64,000 nucleotides of DNA from Dehalococcoidia bacterium (GCA_041390625.1 JAWKPM010000002.1:130924-194923), one strand, 5' to 3'; counted from the first letter of the stretch, positions 26,569 to 35,743 are shown. Made by a program: numbers and translations. The notes: generated from the sequence alone by a model not told the origin.

Positions 26569-27042
26569 ATGATCCGTGTCGAATCCACGGCCGATGCCTC
26601 CATCTTGCCTGCCGTGCTCGACATCCTCCACCTCGCCTTCGCCGCGCAGGACGGCCGCGTCGACCCGCCTTCGAGCGTCGCCCGCGAGACCATCGAGACG
26701 CTGACCACGAAGCTCGAGGCCGAGACACTCCTCATCGCACGAGACGACGACGGTACGCCAGTCGGCTGCATCTTCTTCAAGCGCCTCTCCGAGGACGAGG
26801 GCTACATCGGCCGTCTCGCCGTCCACCCGGACCACCAGCGTCAGGGCATCGCCCACTCCCTCATCGAAGCCAGCATCGAGGCCGCTCGTGAAGCAGGCGT
26901 CGGCCGCCTCGGCCTCGACACCCGCATCGAGCTCACCCAGAACCACGCCCTCTTCCGCCGCCATGGCTTCGAGGTCACCAGCGAGCACCGCCACCCCGGC
27001 TACGACCGCACGACCTACCTCCACATGGAGCGTGCCCTGTAG
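26569..27042 (+). CDS. GNAT family N-acetyltransferase
   Basis: IGRLAVHPDHQRQGIAHSLIEASIEAAREAG acetyl-CoA motif. 157 aa from ATG 26569. Confidence 0.8.
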   Translation: MIRVESTADASILPAVLDILHLAFAAQDGRVDPPSSVARETIETLTTKLEAETLLIARDDDGTPVGCIFFKRLSEDEGYIGRLAVHPDHQRQGIAHSLIEASIEAAREAGVGRLGLDTRIELTQNHALFRRHGFEVTSEHRHPGYDRTTYLHMERAL

Positions 27043-27115
27043 CCCTCGTCGGGGTCGGTGGGAGAAATCGAGGCGCGACTCGCCCACATCGATGCGCGCG
27101 TGGCACACTCCATCG

Positions 27116-27748
27116 ATGCAGGCCGACACGCTCATCTTCGACCTCGATGGCACCCTCTGGGATACGAACGCCACGTGCGCCATCGCCTGGAACCGCGTGC
27201 TCGCCCGCCTCGAGGTCGATCACCCACCTGTCACCGAGGCGCAGGTACGCGCCGTCGCCGGCCGCTCCCACCGCGACGCCATCGCCGTCGCCTTTCCCAC
27301 GATCGAGGACGAAGCGCTCCTCGACCGCATCAGCGCCGAGACCGAGCTCGAGGACAACATCGCCCTCGCCGAGGTCGGTGGGAGACTCTTCGAGGGCGTC
27401 CTCAACACCATCCCCCGCCTCGCCGAGGCCTACCGACTGATGATCGTGAGCAACTGCCAGGCCGGCTACATCGAGGTCTTCCGCACGACCAGCGGCCTCG
27501 ATGCCCACTTCGAGGACCACGAGTGCTGGGGCAACACCGGCCGCACCAAGACCGAGAACCTCGCCCTGATCATCGAGCGCAACGAGGTCGCACGGCCGGT
27601 CTTCGTCGGCGACACGACCGGTGACCTCGAGGCCGCGCGCAACAACGAGGTCCCCTTCGTCCACGCCGCCTACGGCTTCGGCACCGTCGAGGCCCCCGAC
27701 GCCACCATCGACGCCTTCCCCGAGCTGGTCCCGCTGCTCACCCGATAG
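27116..27748 (+). CDS. HAD-superfamily hydrolase (phosphoglycolate phosphatase-like)
   Basis: FDLDGTLWDT motif I, SNC motif II and GDTTGDLEAA motif IV. 210 aa. Confidence 0.8.
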   Translation: MQADTLIFDLDGTLWDTNATCAIAWNRVLARLEVDHPPVTEAQVRAVAGRSHRDAIAVAFPTIEDEALLDRISAETELEDNIALAEVGGRLFEGVLNTIPRLAEAYRLMIVSNCQAGYIEVFRTTSGLDAHFEDHECWGNTGRTKTENLALIIERNEVARPVFVGDTTGDLEAARNNEVPFVHAAYGFGTVEAPDATIDAFPELVPLLTR

Positions 27749-27857
27749 TCCGCCCCCGGCGCATCGAGACCGTCACCGAGGCGGGGATGCCCACTCCGAG
27801 GCCGGAAGGGGGTCTGGGGCGCAGCCCCCAGGTTCCGAAGGGTGGGCGGGTGGGCCA

Positions 27858-27899
27858 TTCCCCGAAGGGGAAAGCACAGACGGCCCCGCAGGGGCCGTC
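27858..27899. terminator. Two adjacent hairpins between convergent HAD and metG
   Basis: TTCCCC-GAA-GGGGAA (27858..27872) and GACGGCCCC-GCA-GGGGCCGTC (27879..27899). On the minus strand the latter is followed by TGTGCTTTCCCC. Confidence 0.45.
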
Positions 27900-27953
27900 C
27901 GCATCTCCGAGCCGAATGTCGAGGCGCGCTCGTCGCCATCGAGGCCCCACGCC

Positions 27954-29630
27954 TCACCGCCCGAGCCGCGACTCCTCCTCGTCGACGAGCGAGTCGTCGA
28001 GCTTCTTGTACAGCGGCTTCGGCTCCGGCAGCTCGGTACCCGCCGTCACTGAGGTCCGCTGCCATCCCGCCGCCTGGATCTCGCCCTCGTGGCCGCAAAG
28101 GCGCCACGCCTCGGGCGACGTGAACGGGAGGAACGGCTGCAGCAGCGTCGCCAGGCCGCTGACCACGTTCACCGCCACGTGCAGCGTCTCCGCCGCGTGA
28201 TCGCGGTCTTGCTTGACGGCCACCCACGGCGCGCGCTCATCGAGGTACTGGTTGGCCCGCTGCGCCACGCCCATCGCAGCACTCAGCGCGGCCCGCAGCT
28301 GCACCCGCTCGATATGCTCGCCCACGGCCTCGAACGCCGCATCGACGGCTTCGAGCATCGAGGTCGACTCGGGCGCCAGCGTCGAGGGCGCCTCGGGCAC
28401 CCGCCCATCGAAGTTGCGGCGCGTCATCGTCAGCACGCGGTTCACCAGGTTGCCCCAGCGCGCCACGAGCTCGTCGTTGTTGCGACGCACGTACTCGGCC
28501 CACGTGAAGTCGGAGTCCGAGGTCTCCGGCATGATCGCCGTCAGCACGTAGCGCAGCGGGTCCGGGTCGTGCCGGTCGAGGTAGTCCGGCATCCACACTG
28601 CCCAGTTGCGGCTGCTGGAGGCCTTCGAGCCCGACATCGTCACGTACTGGTTCGCCGGCACGTCGTACGGGAGGTTCAGCCCGCCGTAGCCCATCAGCAT
28701 CGCCGGCCAGATCAGCGTGTGGAACGGGACGTTGTCCTTGCCCTGGAAGTAGAACCCCCGTGCCGCCGGGTCGGTCCACCACGACTCCCACGCCGAGGCG
28801 TCACCCGACATCGAGGCCCATTCCTTCGAGGCCGAGAGATACCCGATCACCGCCTCGAACCAGACGTAGATGCGCTTCGCCTCGTAGCCCTCGAGGGGGA
28901 TCGGCACGCCCCACGCGATGTCGCGGGTGATCGCTCGATCGTGCAGCCCCTCCCGCAGCATGCCGAGGGAGAAGTTCTTCACCGCAGGGCGCCAGTGCTC
29001 CTGCGGCTCGATCCACTCCGTCAGCCGCTCGTTGAACGCCGACAGCTTGAGGAAGAAGTGCGTCGAGGGCCGCGCCTCGGGGATCGCGTCGCTGAGCTTG
29101 GAGCGCGGGTTCAGCAGGTCGAGGGCGTCCATCGTGCGGCCGCAGTTATCGCACTGGTCGCCGCGCGCCCCCTCGTAGCCGCAGTGTGGGCACGTGCCCT
29201 CGACGTAACGGTCGGGCAGGAAGCGCCCCACCGAGGGGTCGAACAGCAGCGTCTGCTCGGCCTCGTAGAGGTAGTCGTTCTCGAGGAGCCGCGTGAAGAT
29301 GTCCTGCGTCACCTCGATGTGGTTCGGCGTGTCCGTGTGCGTGAAGAGGTCGAACGAGATGCCGAAGCGGTCGAACGTGTCGAGGAACGACGCGTGGAAC
29401 CGCTCGAAGACCGCCGTCGGCGTCGTGCCCTCGGCTTCGGCGCGCACGGTCACCGGCGTGCCATGCGAGTCCGAGCCCGAGACCATCAGCACGCGGTTCC
29501 CGCGCATGCGGTGGTACCGCGCGAAGATGTCCGCCGGCAGGTACGCGCCTGCCACCTGCCCCATGTGCAGGTCGCTGTTCGCGTACGGCCACGCGACGGC
29601 TACGAGGATGGTCTCGGGCGAATCTGGCAT
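27954..29630 (-). CDS. metG: Methionine--tRNA ligase
   Basis: WPYANSDLHMGQVAG (HIGH-type), zinc knuckles CPHCG...CDNCG and an MSGSKAS (KMSKS-type) loop. 558 aa. Confidence 0.9.
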   Translation of the reverse strand: MPDSPETILVAVAWPYANSDLHMGQVAGAYLPADIFARYHRMRGNRVLMVSGSDSHGTPVTVRAEAEGTTPTAVFERFHASFLDTFDRFGISFDLFTHTDTPNHIEVTQDIFTRLLENDYLYEAEQTLLFDPSVGRFLPDRYVEGTCPHCGYEGARGDQCDNCGRTMDALDLLNPRSKLSDAIPEARPSTHFFLKLSAFNERLTEWIEPQEHWRPAVKNFSLGMLREGLHDRAITRDIAWGVPIPLEGYEAKRIYVWFEAVIGYLSASKEWASMSGDASAWESWWTDPAARGFYFQGKDNVPFHTLIWPAMLMGYGGLNLPYDVPANQYVTMSGSKASSSRNWAVWMPDYLDRHDPDPLRYVLTAIMPETSDSDFTWAEYVRRNNDELVARWGNLVNRVLTMTRRNFDGRVPEAPSTLAPESTSMLEAVDAAFEAVGEHIERVQLRAALSAAMGVAQRANQYLDERAPWVAVKQDRDHAAETLHVAVNVVSGLATLLQPFLPFTSPEAWRLCGHEGEIQAAGWQRTSVTAGTELPEPKPLYKKLDDSLVDEEESRLGR

Positions 29631-29695
29631 CGAGGCGGAATGCTAGCACCAACCCGCCCCACGCCCCATGAGGGAAGAGGGCTACGAGGCGCCGG

Positions 29696-30073
29696 CTACG
29701 AGGGCAGGATCACCCGTCCGAGCGCCATCACACCAAGGGCGATCGGGAACGAGAGCAGCGCGACGACCAGCATCGGCAGCACCGCCTCGCCGCGTGACAT
29801 CTGGCGCCGTCCCGCCTGCCGAGCGTCCGGCCGCCGCCCACGCCAGATCAGCGAGACCACCGCAGCGACGAAGCCCCACACGAGGACTCGGCCGAAGTCG
29901 ACATCGGGCACGCCCGCGGCATCGAGGCCGATGGGCACCAGCACCGCGGCGCCGAGGATCCTCGCCGCGAGCGGCCACCCGAGGCGGATCGCCACCGCGA
30001 GGTTCCGCCCCATCTGCCGCACCGGCGAGTTCCAGTGCTCATCGAGCCAGGGTTGGTCGAACATCGCCACCAC
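29696..30073 (-). CDS. Small integral membrane protein, paralog A
   Basis: 125 aa, about 3 TM helices. Shares the RQM..N and WRGxRPDARQAGRR motifs with the next gene. Confidence 0.6.
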   Translation of the reverse strand: MVAMFDQPWLDEHWNSPVRQMGRNLAVAIRLGWPLAARILGAAVLVPIGLDAAGVPDVDFGRVLVWGFVAAVVSLIWRGRRPDARQAGRRQMSRGEAVLPMLVVALLSFPIALGVMALGRVILPS

Positions 30074-30166
30074 CTCCGTAACTCCATTCAGCGTACGCCC
30101 GCCCCGTCTAGCCCAATCTGAGTGCCAGCTTGAGCCGGCTCGAGTGTCGATGCCGCAACGGCATCG

Positions 30167-30547
30167 TCATTCGGGCGCCACGGCGCGGACGATCGCCGCC
30201 GCCCCGACAACGACCACGACGATGAGCACAGCCAGCGCGAGTCCCGGGAGCGTTCCTTCCCCTGGCCGGAGCGTGCGTCGACCCGCTTGCCGCGCGTCAG
30301 GGCGACTCCCCCGCCAAGCGACCCACCCCATGGCACCGAGCACCCCGGCCATGAGCAACCTTCCGCCGGCGGCACTTGGCGTTCCGAGCGCCGCCAGCAC
30401 TCCGATGGCGAGGATCGTCAGACCGAGGACGACGCTCGCGCCGAGGCAGCCGAACCGCACGCCGATTTGGGCGTTGAGCGCCATCTGTCGCGCAGGGTCC
30501 GACCAGAGTCGCCGCCGACGGTTCTTGTTCACGGGTCCTCTCGGCAC
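30167..30547 (-). CDS. Small integral membrane protein, paralog B
   Basis: 126 aa, same architecture and motifs as 29696..30073. Confidence 0.6.
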   Translation of the reverse strand: MPRGPVNKNRRRRLWSDPARQMALNAQIGVRFGCLGASVVLGLTILAIGVLAALGTPSAAGGRLLMAGVLGAMGWVAWRGSRPDARQAGRRTLRPGEGTLPGLALAVLIVVVVVGAAAIVRAVAPE

Positions 30548-30565
30548 CTGGCTCGAGTTTCGGTC

Positions 30566-31054
30566 CTAGTCCGCGGCATTAGCCAGCTCCTCGTCGAGGC
30601 GCTCGTACGTCTCGCGCATCCCGTCCTCCATGCCGCCCGCGATCATCCCGTCGCGCGCCTCCGTCGAGGAGAACTCGGAGACCACCGTCATCCGCGTGCG
30701 CCCACCGAGGTCCTCGAGGGTCATCGTCTCCACCGAGACCTCGCCCGGCGCCCCCTCGAACTCGAAGGTCTGCACCACCCGCTCGCCCGGTACGATCTCC
30801 CGGTATTCGCCGTGGAAGACGAACTCGTTGCCCGCGTCGTCGATGTTGCGAGCCTGCCAGCCGCCTCCCACGCGCACGTCCATCCGGTCCACGACCGTCT
30901 GGTACCGCCGAGGCCCCCACCATCGAGGCCACGTCTCCGGATCCGTCATCACGCGGTACACCAGCGCCGGCGGCGCATCGAACTCCCGCGTGATCCGGAT
31001 CGTCAGCCCGCCCGGCTCCGCCGCCACCGTCAGCGTGTCTGCCGTGCTCGCCAT
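30566..31054 (-). CDS. SRPBCC / AHSA1-domain protein
   Basis: REFDAPPALVYRVMTDPETWPRWWGP...GGWQ...FHGEYREIVPGERVV pattern. Start set at ATG 31054 (GAGGGGG upstream). ORF-track start is GTG 31102. Confidence 0.75.
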   Translation of the reverse strand: MASTADTLTVAAEPGGLTIRITREFDAPPALVYRVMTDPETWPRWWGPRRYQTVVDRMDVRVGGGWQARNIDDAGNEFVFHGEYREIVPGERVVQTFEFEGAPGEVSVETMTLEDLGGRTRMTVVSEFSSTEARDGMIAGGMEDGMRETYERLDEELANAAD

Positions 31055-31098
31055 TCCGAACCCCCTCGTGCACTGCTTCGAACGTCGATGTCTCGAGG

Positions 31099-31557
31099 TC
31101 ACGCGTTCGCCAGCGCCGCCTCCAGCTTCTCGAGGGCCTGCGCCCAGCCGCCCATCGCGCCCTCGGCCATCTCCGGACTCGGCCAGCCGACCTGGCGCAC
31201 CGAGACGCGCGTCCCGCCGTCCGGTGCATCGGCCAGCTCCACCTCGACCGTTGTCTCGAAGGAGGGCATGCCCGGCTCACCGGCCGGAGACTGCGTCATC
31301 ACGATGCGCTCGAGCGGCACGATCTCGACGAACGTCCCCACGAGGCCGTACGTCTGCCCGCCCGGCCCCCGCATCTCGAGGCGGTAGGGCGCTCCCTCGC
31401 GGAACTCGAACTCACAGACCGGCACCTCGAACCCCGCCGGCCCAAACCACCGCGCGAACTGCGGAGCGTCGCTCCACGCCCGCCAGACCAGCACCCGAGG
31501 TGCCTGGATCACCCGCTCGACCATGGGCTCGGCCGTCGCGCCTCGATCACTCGCCAT
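31099..31557 (-). CDS. SRPBCC / AHSA1-domain protein
   Basis: RVIQAPRVLVWRAWSDAPQFARWFGP...GTFVEIVPLERIV. 152 aa. Overlaps the ArsR gene by 11 nt. Confidence 0.75.
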   Translation of the reverse strand: MASDRGATAEPMVERVIQAPRVLVWRAWSDAPQFARWFGPAGFEVPVCEFEFREGAPYRLEMRGPGGQTYGLVGTFVEIVPLERIVMTQSPAGEPGMPSFETTVEVELADAPDGGTRVSVRQVGWPSPEMAEGAMGGWAQALEKLEAALANA

Positions 31558-31936
31558 TCCGGTCCCCCTCCGCCTGCTCCTGCTGCTGCAACTCGGTCAG
31601 GAAGTCGTCCAACCGACCCAGGCGCTCCTCCCAGAGCGCTCGATACGGCTCCATCCAGTCCGCCGCCGCCTTCAGGCCACGACCCTCGAGGCGGCAGGGT
31701 CGCCACTGCGCGTGTCGCCCGCGCGTGATCAGCCCGGCCCGTTCGAGCACCTTCAGGTGCTTCGAGACCGCCGGCAGCGTCATCTCGAACGGCTCAGCCA
31801 GCTCGGTCACCGAGGCCTCGCCGCGCGCTAGCCGCTCGAGGATCGCCCGCCGCGTGGGGTCCGCCAGCGCTCCGAACGTCGCGCTCAGCGCGTCCGGCTC
31901 GCCCTCCCGAGGCTTCGCTGCTGTCACCGTCGTCAC
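31547..31936 (-). CDS. ArsR/SmtB-family transcriptional regulator
   Basis: FGALADPTRRAILERLARGEASVTELAEPFEMTLPAVSKHLKVLERAGLI winged HTH. GTG start with AAGGA 7 nt upstream. Confidence 0.85.
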   Translation of the reverse strand: MTTVTAAKPREGEPDALSATFGALADPTRRAILERLARGEASVTELAEPFEMTLPAVSKHLKVLERAGLITRGRHAQWRPCRLEGRGLKAAADWMEPYRALWEERLGRLDDFLTELQQQEQAEGDRNGE

Positions 31937-31950
31937 ATCGAGGTCCTTAC

Positions 31951-31982
31951 TTCACCAATTAGTTAGATAACCTATGGGTGAA
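31951..31982. promoter_or_regulatory. AT-rich inverted repeat upstream of the ArsR operon (candidate operator/promoter)
   Basis: TTCACC-aattAGTTAgaTAACctatg-GGTGAA. The outer 6-bp arms and the inner GTTA..TAAC dyad sit in the only AT-rich patch of this region. Confidence 0.4.
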
Positions 31983-32306
31983 ATATAGCGCGCTCGGCGG
32001 CCGCGTCAACCCTGCCGTCACGGCAGCCTCCGAGGCGAATTCAGAATCGAGGCGTGCTCGCCGGCTCCGAGCCGCGCCACGGGCCGAGGGTTTGACCCTG
32101 CCCGGAGACCGCACGTACCCTGATCGGAACATCGATTCCGTGATCGGGGTGGCGGGACCTCCCATGATCAACGGCCCGAGAACGCACCCCACCGGCGACG
32201 GCGGGGTGCGTGCGTTTACTCCCCGTTCGATCCAGCCAGCGGCCCCGGACCCCCTCCGACTGATCCCCGGAGCATCCGAGACCAGCGCAGCACTTGGGAG
32301 ACGCCA

Positions 32307-33500
32307 GTGACCATCCTCGACCAGGCCATCTCTGCTCAGGTCGCCGCTTCGTCCGGCGTCCAGCGCAAGACCCTCGAGCACGTCTGGGGCTTCGACGATG
32401 TCGCCATCGTCCCCGGTGCCGTCACCACCAACCCTGAGCTGGTGGAGCTGGACTTCGAAATCGGCGGCGTCCATCTCGATATCCCCGTCATGGCTTCGGC
32501 CATGGACGCGGTCGTCGACCCCCACTACGCCGCCGAGCTGTCAAAGCGAGGCGGCGTCGGCGTTCTGCACCTCGAAGGCGTGCAGACCCGCTACGAGGAC
32601 CCCAGCGCCGCCCTCGATGAGATCGCAGCCGCCGAGGGCCTCGAGTCCACCGCCGTCATCCAGCGCATCTACGCCGAGCCCATCAAGGAGCACCTCGTCG
32701 CCCAGCGCATCGAGGAGATCAAGGCGCTCGGCGGCATCGCCGCTGTCTCGGCCACCCCCCAGAACACGAAGCGCTTCGCCCCCATCGCCAAGGAGGCCGG
32801 CGTCGACATCTTCGTCGTCGCCTCGACCGTCACCACCGCGCGCCACATGTCGAGGTCGCTCAAGGGCCTCCAGCTCGACGAGCTCGTCGAGCAGATGGCG
32901 CCGGTCCCGATCGTCGTTGGCAACACCGTCGACTTCCAGGCGACGTTGGAGCTGATGGAAACCGGCGTGCACGGCATCCTCGTGGGCGTCGGCCCGGGTG
33001 CCGCCTGCACCTCGCGCGAGGTCCTCGGCGTCGGCATGCCGCAGATCTCCGCCACCATCGACACCGCGTACGCACGCGACATCTTCTTCGAGCAGACCGG
33101 CCGCTACGTGCCGATCATCACCGACGGCGGAATCCGCACCGGCGGCGACGTCTCGAAGGCGATCTGCGCAGGCGCCGATGCCGTCATGATCGGCTCGCCG
33201 TTCGCCGGCACCCTCGACGCGCCCGGGCGCGGCTTCCACTGGGGCATGGCTACCCCGAGCGCCGTCCTCCCCCGAGGCGTGCGCGTCGAGGTCGGTCGCA
33301 AGGTCTCGCTCGACCAGCTGCTCTTCGGCCCCACCTCGAGGACGGACGGCACCGAGAACCTGATGGGTGCCCTCAAGACCTCGATGTCGACGTGCGGCGC
33401 ACTCAACATCCGCGAGTTCCACGACGCCCGCATGGTCGTCGCCCCGGCTATCAAGACCGAGGGCAAGATCTACCAGATCGCCCAGGGCCGAGACCGCTAG
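32307..33500 (+). CDS. IMP dehydrogenase-related protein (GuaB3-type, no CBS pair)
   Basis: GVGPGAACTSREVLGVG catalytic-loop-like segment and GGIRTGGDVSKAICAGADAVMIGS. 397 aa. GTG start. Confidence 0.8.
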   Translation: MTILDQAISAQVAASSGVQRKTLEHVWGFDDVAIVPGAVTTNPELVELDFEIGGVHLDIPVMASAMDAVVDPHYAAELSKRGGVGVLHLEGVQTRYEDPSAALDEIAAAEGLESTAVIQRIYAEPIKEHLVAQRIEEIKALGGIAAVSATPQNTKRFAPIAKEAGVDIFVVASTVTTARHMSRSLKGLQLDELVEQMAPVPIVVGNTVDFQATLELMETGVHGILVGVGPGAACTSREVLGVGMPQISATIDTAYARDIFFEQTGRYVPIITDGGIRTGGDVSKAICAGADAVMIGSPFAGTLDAPGRGFHWGMATPSAVLPRGVRVEVGRKVSLDQLLFGPTSRTDGTENLMGALKTSMSTCGALNIREFHDARMVVAPAIKTEGKIYQIAQGRDR

Positions 33501-33528
33501 TCCCCAGACCCACGCAGCACCAGCGAGG

Positions 33529-33556
33529 CCGCCCACCCGGGCGGCCTCGCTGCGTC
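33529..33556. terminator. GC hairpin after the guaB3-like gene
   Basis: GCGAGGCCGCCC-ACCC-GGGCGGCCTCGC, a 12-bp perfect stem. No U-tract. Confidence 0.45.
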
Positions 33557-33596
33557 CGTACGCGGTCCGTTGCGCTCGGGAGCAATCCCCGAGGTC

Positions 33597-33872
33597 TCAG
33601 CGTCGGCGCAGCGCCTCGCTCAGCTGCAGCACCGCCATGATCGGCAGCGCGAACGCCGCAACGATCGCCACGAAGAAGAACACCGCCTCCTCGAAGTCGA
33701 ACAGCCCGTACACCACGTTGTGCAGCACCGCCGAGGCCACGCCGATCGCGAGGACGAGGCCGATCCCGCGCCAGCCCGCGAACCATCGAGTGCGCCGCAG
33801 CCCGACGGCCACGCCCGCCGCCACCGCGACGAAGGCCATCAGCACCAGCAGCGTTCCGGGACCGTCCATCAT
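33597..33872 (-). CDS. Small membrane protein
   Basis: 91 aa with three hydrophobic helices and high GC3. Confidence 0.55.
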   Translation of the reverse strand: MMDGPGTLLVLMAFVAVAAGVAVGLRRTRWFAGWRGIGLVLAIGVASAVLHNVVYGLFDFEEAVFFFVAIVAAFALPIMAVLQLSEALRRR

Positions 33873-33908
33873 CGAGGCCCTTCGACGTCCCGGGGCTTTC
33901 GAGGCCGG

Positions 33909-34703
33909 CTAGCTGCCGACCTCGACGAGCGTCCCGCCGTCGACGCGGAACTGGCGCGTGACAGGCACGCTCGGCGCCTCCGCGAAAGGCGCGCCTTCGG
34001 GCCGGTCGAGGTACACGACCGTGATCACCCCGTACTGGATCGAGATCGACGTCACGTCGATGCGGTCACCGAGGAGGATGCTGCCCGCGTGTACCGGCAG
34101 CCCGTTCTCGGCCAGCAGCGCCGCCACCTCGTAGAAGGAGCCCGTGCCACCGCCGCTCGAGACGAGGATGACCGCCGCATCGAGGTCCGCGTCGCCGTTC
34201 AGGTCCCCGAACACCGTCCTCGAGATCTGCACCGTGTTCATCGAGGCCGAGCCCGGCGCCGCCGGCTCCGAGAAGCGACCGTCCTGCAGCTGCGCGGTCC
34301 CGCCGTTCGCGAACTGCGTCGTGACCGAGGCGTTGTTCACCAGCTGCACCGTGAGGGAGTTCGCCGTCGCGAGCTGGCAACGCACGAAGAACGCCGTGTT
34401 CGCGGCGAGCGTAGTCGGGAACACGGCGTTCACCGCGTCAGGCGCACCCTCGATGTGCACGCGCCACTGGTTCTGCTCGATCACGGCCAGTGTTTGCACG
34501 TCGCAGCCCTGTACCGCGAGCGCGCCGCGCACCTCGACCGCGTTCGTCTCGCGCGCCGTCACCATCAGCCCGATGCCGCCTGGCCCGGGCGACTCGCCCA
34601 CTACCGTTGCGCCCTCCTGCGCCCGCGCCTCCGTGGCACCGACGAGCGCGACGAACGCCGCCGCCGCCACAAGCATCAGTCCTGCACCGACCCACCGAGC
34701 CAC
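33909..34703 (-). CDS. Secreted hypothetical protein
   Basis: Signal peptide MARWVGAGLMLVAAAAFVALVGATEARA. FG-GAP-like GDLNGDADLDAAV segment. 264 aa. Confidence 0.6.
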   Translation of the reverse strand: MARWVGAGLMLVAAAAFVALVGATEARAQEGATVVGESPGPGGIGLMVTARETNAVEVRGALAVQGCDVQTLAVIEQNQWRVHIEGAPDAVNAVFPTTLAANTAFFVRCQLATANSLTVQLVNNASVTTQFANGGTAQLQDGRFSEPAAPGSASMNTVQISRTVFGDLNGDADLDAAVILVSSGGGTGSFYEVAALLAENGLPVHAGSILLGDRIDVTSISIQYGVITVVYLDRPEGAPFAEAPSVPVTRQFRVDGGTLVEVGS

Positions 34704-34739
34704 GATTCCCCCGCTCCCGCGCTTCGCTACCGACCCACC

Positions 34740-35572
34740 CTATCCCGAGGCACGTCGCCCGCCCCCACCCGATGGTCCTCCCCCGTCGAGGCCCTCCGCC
34801 GCTGACCGGTAGCTCGAGATACCGAGGTCTTCGCGTCGCAGCACGACCCCGTCGCTCCGGACGAGGCGCCGATCCGTGCGCACGCGAATCTCGCCGTTCG
34901 CCGCGGCCAGCAGGGTCACTTCGAGCTTCCACGTGGCCGGCACCGGCTCCGTGGCCCACATCGACGCCTGGACGCCCACGTCGTCGGCGTCCACGTGAAG
35001 GCGTATCGCTGCCGGCCCATCGTTCCGAAAGCGAAGGTCGATGTACCCGTACTCGATCGTCGCGTCGCGACCGAGCTCGAAGTAGCGATCCGGACCGTAG
35101 CTATCGACGCTGTGGGGGCGCCGCTCGACAACGGTTGCGCCGCTCAGCAGCGCGGCGTTGTAGACGACGGTTGAAACCAGGCAGATGGCGCCGCCCACGT
35201 CCCACGTCAGCCGGCCGTTCCGGAGCGCCGCGGCCTCCATGTAGCCGCGCTTCATGGTGGGCCGGCCCGCTGCCCGCCACAGCGACCAGGTCTCGCCGGG
35301 CTCGATCACCCAGCCATCGAGGGCGGTGCGAGGAGTCGCATGTTCCGTCGCTTGGCGGCGCCAAACTGCTCCTGCCCCGCGTAGTCGGCGATCGAGAGCT
35401 CATAACGCGACACCTCGACCGGCATGATCACGGAGCCTGAGGTCCGAGGCGATGCGAACTGCACCCCATCCAGTCGGTCGCGCAACGCGCGGCGTGCGAG
35501 GACCGCCCCGAGTCGTGGCTCGGATGGGATCCACGCGCGTCCGGCACGCCTGGCCAGGGTGACGGCTGACAT
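34740..35572 (-). pseudogene. VanW-family gene interrupted by a 1-nt frameshift
   Basis: Upstream ORF (..35306) ends ...AAKRRNMRLLAPPSMAG*. The downstream frame reads ...ALDGWVIEPGETWSLW...GGAICLVSTVVYNAALLSG...HS (VanW core). Joined, the two pieces give the usual N.RLAA..LDG.VI.PGE.FS segment. Confidence 0.6.
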
Positions 35573-35743
35573 ATCACGCAAAGGATACGTCCGGCGGCGA
35601 AGCCTGTGGCACGGCCTGGTCGGGCCGCTCGACGCCACTTCGCCCTCAGCGCTCACGCCGATCGTGGCGACACTGACTTCGGTCCGCGAGCCCGACGTGC
35701 GTGGAGATTGAGATGGAGACACAAACGCGCGCCGCTCCACCTC

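Noticed and set aside
26497-27183. N-terminal 229 residues of ORF 25687..27183
   Set aside because: This part lies upstream of the conserved TatD N-terminal metal motif (DAHAH) and overlaps the GNAT gene on the other strand. The start was reset to GTG 26496.
28089-30569. 826-aa plus-strand ORF
   Set aside because: It is antisense to metG and the two small membrane genes. Its composition is dominated by Arg, Pro, Ala and His, and it has no domain signature.
31978-32310. 110-aa plus-strand ORF ending in a GTGA overlap with the guaB3-like gene
   Set aside because: About 30% of its codons end in A/T, which is much more than in real genes here. Its start lies inside the ArsR operator region. The sequence is low-complexity with no motif, so I treated it as a non-coding leader.
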